From contig OZ024744.1 of the NCBI GenBank assembly GCA_964016885.1, positions 47,864,001-47,928,000 of the forward strand: a stretch of 64,000 nt of DNA, read 5' to 3'. The translations under genes and the position numbers were made by a program. The notes beneath the pieces are model-generated. The model made no database searches, had not been told where the DNA came from, and saw nothing but the letters and a program-made list of their open reading frames with translations. Of this stretch, positions 59,360-64,000 are shown one piece after another; position 1 is the stretch's first letter; every line of letters begins with the position of its first letter. The stretch is from Eledone cirrhosa. Lineage: Eukaryota.

Positions 59360-62300
59360 AACACCAACCACATTAGACTATCAAGAACAGAACACCAACC
59401 ACATTAGACTATCAAGACCAGAACACCAACAACAATAGACTATCAAGACCAGAACACCAACCACATTAGACTATCAAGAACAGAACACCAACCATATTAG
59501 ACTATCAAGACCAGAACACCAACCACATTAGACTATCAAGAACAGAACACCAACCACATTAGACTATCAAGAACAGAACACCAACCACATTAGACTATCA
59601 AGACCAGAACAACAACCACATTAGACTATCAAGACCAGAACACCAACCACATCACATTAGACTATCAAGACCAGAACACCAACCACATTAGACTATCAAG
59701 ACCAGAACACCAACCACATCACATTAGACTATCAAGACCAGAACACCAACCACATCACATTAGACTATCAAGACCTGAACACCAACCTCATCACATTAGA
59801 CTATCAAGACCAGAACACCAACAACATCACATTAGACTATCAAGACCAGAACACCAACCACATTAGACTATCAAGAACAGAACACCAACAACATTAGACT
59901 ATCAAGACCATAACACCAACCACATTAGACTATCAAGAACAGAACACCAACCACATTAGACTATCAAGACCAGAACACCAACAACAATAGACTATCAAGA
60001 CCAGAACACCAACCACATTAGACTATCAAGAACAGAACACCAACCACATTAGACTATCAAGACCAGACCACCAACCACATTAGACTATCAAGAACAGAAT
60101 ACCAACCACATTAGACTATCAAGAACAGAACACCAACCACATTAGACTATCAAGACCAGAACACCAACCACATCACATTAGCCTATCAAGAACAGAACAC
60201 CAACCACATTAGACTATCAAGACCAGAACACCAACCACATTAGACTATCAAAACCAGAACACCAACCACATCACATTAGACTATCAAGACCAGAACACCA
60301 CCCACATTAGACTATCAAGACCAGAACACCAACCACATCACATTAGAATATCAAGACCAGAACACCAACCATATCACATTAGACTATCAAGACCTGAACA
60401 CCAACCACATCACATTAGACTATCAAGACCAGAACACCAACAACATCACATTAGACTATCAAGACCAGAACACAAACCACATTAGACTATCAAGAACATA
60501 ACACCAACAACATTAGACTATCAAGACCATAACACCCACCACATTAGACTATCTAGAACAGAATACCAACCACATTAGACTATCAAGACCAGAACACCAA
60601 CAACAATAGACTATCAAGACCAGAACACCAACCACATTAGACTATCAAGAACAGAACACCAACCACATTAGACTATCAAGACCAGAACACCAACCACATT
60701 AGACTATCAAGAACAGAACACCAACCACACTAGACTATCAAGAACAGAACACCAACCACATTAGTCTATCAAGACCAGAACACCAACCACATCACATTAG
60801 CCTATCAAGAACAGAACACCAACCACATTAGACTATCAAGACCAGAACACCAACCACATTAGACTATCAAGACAAGAACACCAACCACATCACATTAGAC
60901 TATCAAGACCAGAACACCAACCACATCAGATTAGACTATCCTGACCAGAACACCAACCACATTAGACTATCAAGAACAGAACTCCAACCACATTACACTA
61001 TCAAGACCAGAACACCAACCACATCACATTAGACTATCAAGACCAGAACACCAACCACATCACATTAGACTATCAAGACCAGAACACCAACCACATTAGA
61101 CTATCATGACCAGAACACCAACCACATTAGACTATCAAGACCATAACACCAACCACATCACATCAGACTATCAAGAGCAGAACACCAACCACATTAGACT
61201 ATCAAGACCAGAACACCAACCACATTAGACTATCAAGACCAGAACACCAACCACATTAGACTATCAAGACCAGAACACCAACCACATTAGACTATCAAGA
61301 CCATAACACCAACCACATCACATCAGACTATCAAGAGCAGAACACCAACCACATTAGACTATCAAGACCAGAACACCAACCACATTAGACTATCAAGACC
61401 AGAACACCAACCACATTAGACTATCAAGACCAGAACACCAACCACATTAGACTATCAAGACCAGAACACCAACCACATTAGACTATCAAGACCAGAACAC
61501 CAACCACATTAGACTATCAAGACCAGAACACCAACCACATTAGACTATCAAGACCAGAACACCAACCACATCACATAAGACTATCAAGACCAGAACATAA
61601 ACCACATCACATTAGACTATCAAGACCAGAACACCAACCACATCACATTAGACTATCAAGACCAGAACACCAACCACATCACATTAGACTATCAAGACCT
61701 GAACACCAACCACATCACATTAGACTATCAAGACCAGAACACCAACAACATCACATTAGACTATCAAGACCAGAACACCAACCACATTAGACTATCAAGA
61801 ACAGAACACCAACAACATTAGACTATCAAGACCATAACACCAACCACATTAGACTATCAAGAACAGAACACCAACCACATTAGACTATCAAGACCAGAAC
61901 ACCAACCACAATAGGCTATCAAGCCAGAACACCAACCACATTAGACTATCAATAACAGAACACCAACCACATTAGACTATCAAGACAAGAACACCAACCA
62001 CATTAGACTATCAAAACCAGAACACCAACCACATCACATTAGACTATCAAGACCAGAACACCAACCACATTAGACTATCAAGACCAGAACACCAACCACA
62101 TCACATTAGAATATCCAGACCAGAACACCAACCATATCACATTAGACTATCAAGACCTGAACACCAACAACATCACATTAGACTATCAAGACCAGAACAC
62201 CAACAACATCACATTAGACTATCAAGACCAGAACACCAACCACATTAGACTATCAAGAACATAACACCAACAACATTAGACTATCAAGAACATAACACCA

Positions 62301-64000
62301 ACCACATTAGACTATCAAGAACAGAACACCAACCACATTAGACTATCAAGAACAGAATACCAACCACATTAGACTATCAAGACCAGAACACCAACAACAT
62401 CACATTAGCCTATCAAGAACAGAACACCAACCACATTAGACTATCAAGACCAGAACACCAACCACATTAGACTATCAAGACCAGAACACCAACCACATCA
62501 CATTAGACTATCAAGACCAGAACACCAACCACATTAGACTATCAAGACCAGAACACCAACCACATCACATTAGAATATCAAGACCAGAACACCAATCACA
62601 TCACATTAGACTATCAAGACCTGAACACCAACCACATCACATTAGACTATCAACACCAGAACACCAACAACATCACATTAGACTATCAAGACCAGAACAC
62701 CAACCACATTAGACTATCAAGAACATAACACCAGCAACATTAGACTATCAAGACCATAACACCAACCACATTAGACTATCAAGAACAGAACACCAACCAC
62801 ATTAGACTATCAAGACCAGAACACCAACAACAATAGACTATCAAGACCAGAACACCAACCACATTAGACTATCAAGAACAGAACACCAACCATATTAGAC
62901 TATCAAGACCAGAACACCAACCACATTAGACTATCAAGAACAGAACACCAACCACATTAGACTATCAAGAACAGAACACCAACCACATTAGACTATCAAG
63001 ACCAGAACAACAACCACATTAGACTATCAAGACCAGAACACCAACCACATCACATTAGACTATCAAGACCAGAACACCAACCACATTAGACTATCAAGAC
63101 CAGAACACCAACCACATCACATTAGACTATCAAGACCAGAACACCAACCACATCACATTAGACTATCAAGACCTGAACACCAACCTCATCACATTAGACT
63201 ATCAAGACCAGAACACCAACAACATCACATTAGACTATCAAGACCAGAACACCAACCACATTAGACTATCAAGAACAGAACACCAACAACATTAGACTAT
63301 CAAGACCATAACACCAACCACATTAGACTATCAAGAACAGAACACCAACCACATTAGACTATCAAGACCAGAACACCAACAACAATAGACTATCAAGACC
63401 AGAACACCAACCACATTAGACTATCAAGAACAGAACACCAACCACATTAGACTATCAAGACCAGACCACCAACCACATTAGACTATCAAGAACAGAATAC
63501 CAACCACATTAGACTATCAAGAACAGAACACCAACCACATTAGACTATCAAGACCAGAACACCAACCACATCACATTAGCCTATCAAGAACAGAACACCA
63601 ACCACATTAGACTATCAAGACCAGAACACCAACCACATTAGACTATCAAAACCAGAACACCAACCACATCACATTAGACTATCAAGACCAGAACACCACC
63701 CACATTAGACTATCAAGACCAGAACACCAACCACATCACATTAGAATATCAAGACCAGAACACCAACCATATCACATTAGACTATCAAGACCTGAACACC
63801 AACCACATCACATTAGACTATCAAGACCAGAACACCAACAACATCACATTAGACTATCAAGACCAGAACACAAACCACATTAGACTATCAAGAACATAAC
63901 ACCAACAACATTAGACTATCAAGACCATAACACCCACCACATTAGACTATCTAGAACAGAATACCAACCACATTAGACTATCAAGACCAGAACACCAACA
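59360..64000. repeat. Block duplication: ~59360-60602 recurs at ~62758-64000 (offset 3,398 bp) and continues past the window edge
   Basis: ACCAACCTCA 59781/63179, ATCTAGAAC 60551/63949 and AACAATAG 59431/62829 are all 3,398 bp apart. Confidence 0.88.

Larger units (their letters stand above)
1..64000. repeat. Tandem satellite/minisatellite array of interspersed 31-bp (TTAGACTATCAAGACCAGAACACCAACCACA) and 36-bp (+TCACA) monomers, head-to-tail, one orientation, open at both window edges
   Basis: Every line of the window parses into these two monomers with mostly 0-2 substitutions each. I saw no inversion and no non-repeat interruption. Copy number of about 1,900-2,000 is estimated from a mean unit of about 33 bp. 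Confidence 0.99.

Noticed and set aside
1-64000. Giant repetitive protein gene (mucin-, adhesin- or antigen-like) on either strand
   Set aside because: The majority 31-bp unit is not a multiple of three, so + strand frames reach TAG within about three 31-mers. The minus strand has stops in two frames of the 31-mer and all three frames of the 36-mer.
1-64000. CRISPR array (31-36 bp units resemble repeat and spacer sizes)
   Set aside because: There are no unique spacers; units abut directly, and there is no leader or cas gene.
1-64000. Canonical telomeric repeat (TTAGA resembles TTAGG/TTAGGG)
   Set aside because: There is only one TTAGA per monomer, it lies on the C/A-rich strand, and there are no tandem TTAGG or TTAGGG tracts.
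1-64000. G-quadruplex array on the minus strand (GGTTGGTGT resembles the thrombin aptamer)
   Set aside because: There are only three GG doublets per monomer and no GGG; the fourth tract would need a loop of 17 nt or more, so a stable G4 is unlikely.
1-64000. Conserved dyad TAG-N-CTA as a protein-binding or hairpin element
   Set aside because: The arms are only 3 bp. Centre variants (TAGCCTA, TAGTCTA) keep the dyad, but many variants break the arms (TAGAATA, TATACTA, TACACTA, TCAGACT, TAAGACT, TTTGACT), so there is no sign of constraint.
1-64000. The 31/36 pattern as an information-bearing binary code or programmed variation system
   Set aside because: The pattern is explained by inheritance through block duplications plus monomer gain and loss. 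No recombinase, reverse transcriptase, template cassette or readout mechanism is visible.
1-64000. Pure sequencing artefact or rolling-circle concatemer of a small template
   Set aside because: Variants recur in the same order across distant blocks with nested, lineage-like sharing and irregular periods, which random errors or one circular template would not produce. Individual junctions could still be misassembled.

Overview
The whole 64-kb window is one uninterrupted, single-orientation tandem satellite/minisatellite array that runs off both edges. It has two interspersed monomer lengths: a 31-bp unit, TTAGACTATCAAGACCAGAACACCAACCACA, and a 36-bp unit that is the same plus a terminal TCACA. 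I estimate 1,900-2,000 monomers. The + strand is about 77% A+C (31-mer: A14 C10 G3 T4, about 42% GC), and the consensus has no CpG. I see no credible gene, RNA gene, transposon, CRISPR array or unique sequence; the single 88-aa ORF is a chance read-through of consecutive 36-mers. The information lies in the order of variant monomers, which shows a nested, irregular higher-order structure: (1) a module of about 0.46-0.62 kb (14-19 monomers) marked by GACCTG; (2) multi-kb blocks re-used at offsets of 3,398, 5,059, 6,704, 7,998, 8,417, about 14.3-14.5 kb and about 23.6 kb; (3) diverged monomer islands confined to the left half. This is most consistent with eukaryotic heterochromatic or subtelomeric satellite DNA evolving by slippage and unequal exchange. 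I cannot assign the organism or a named family, and I found no convincing new gene-based system. All offsets were read by eye from diagnostic variants and should be confirmed by alignment.
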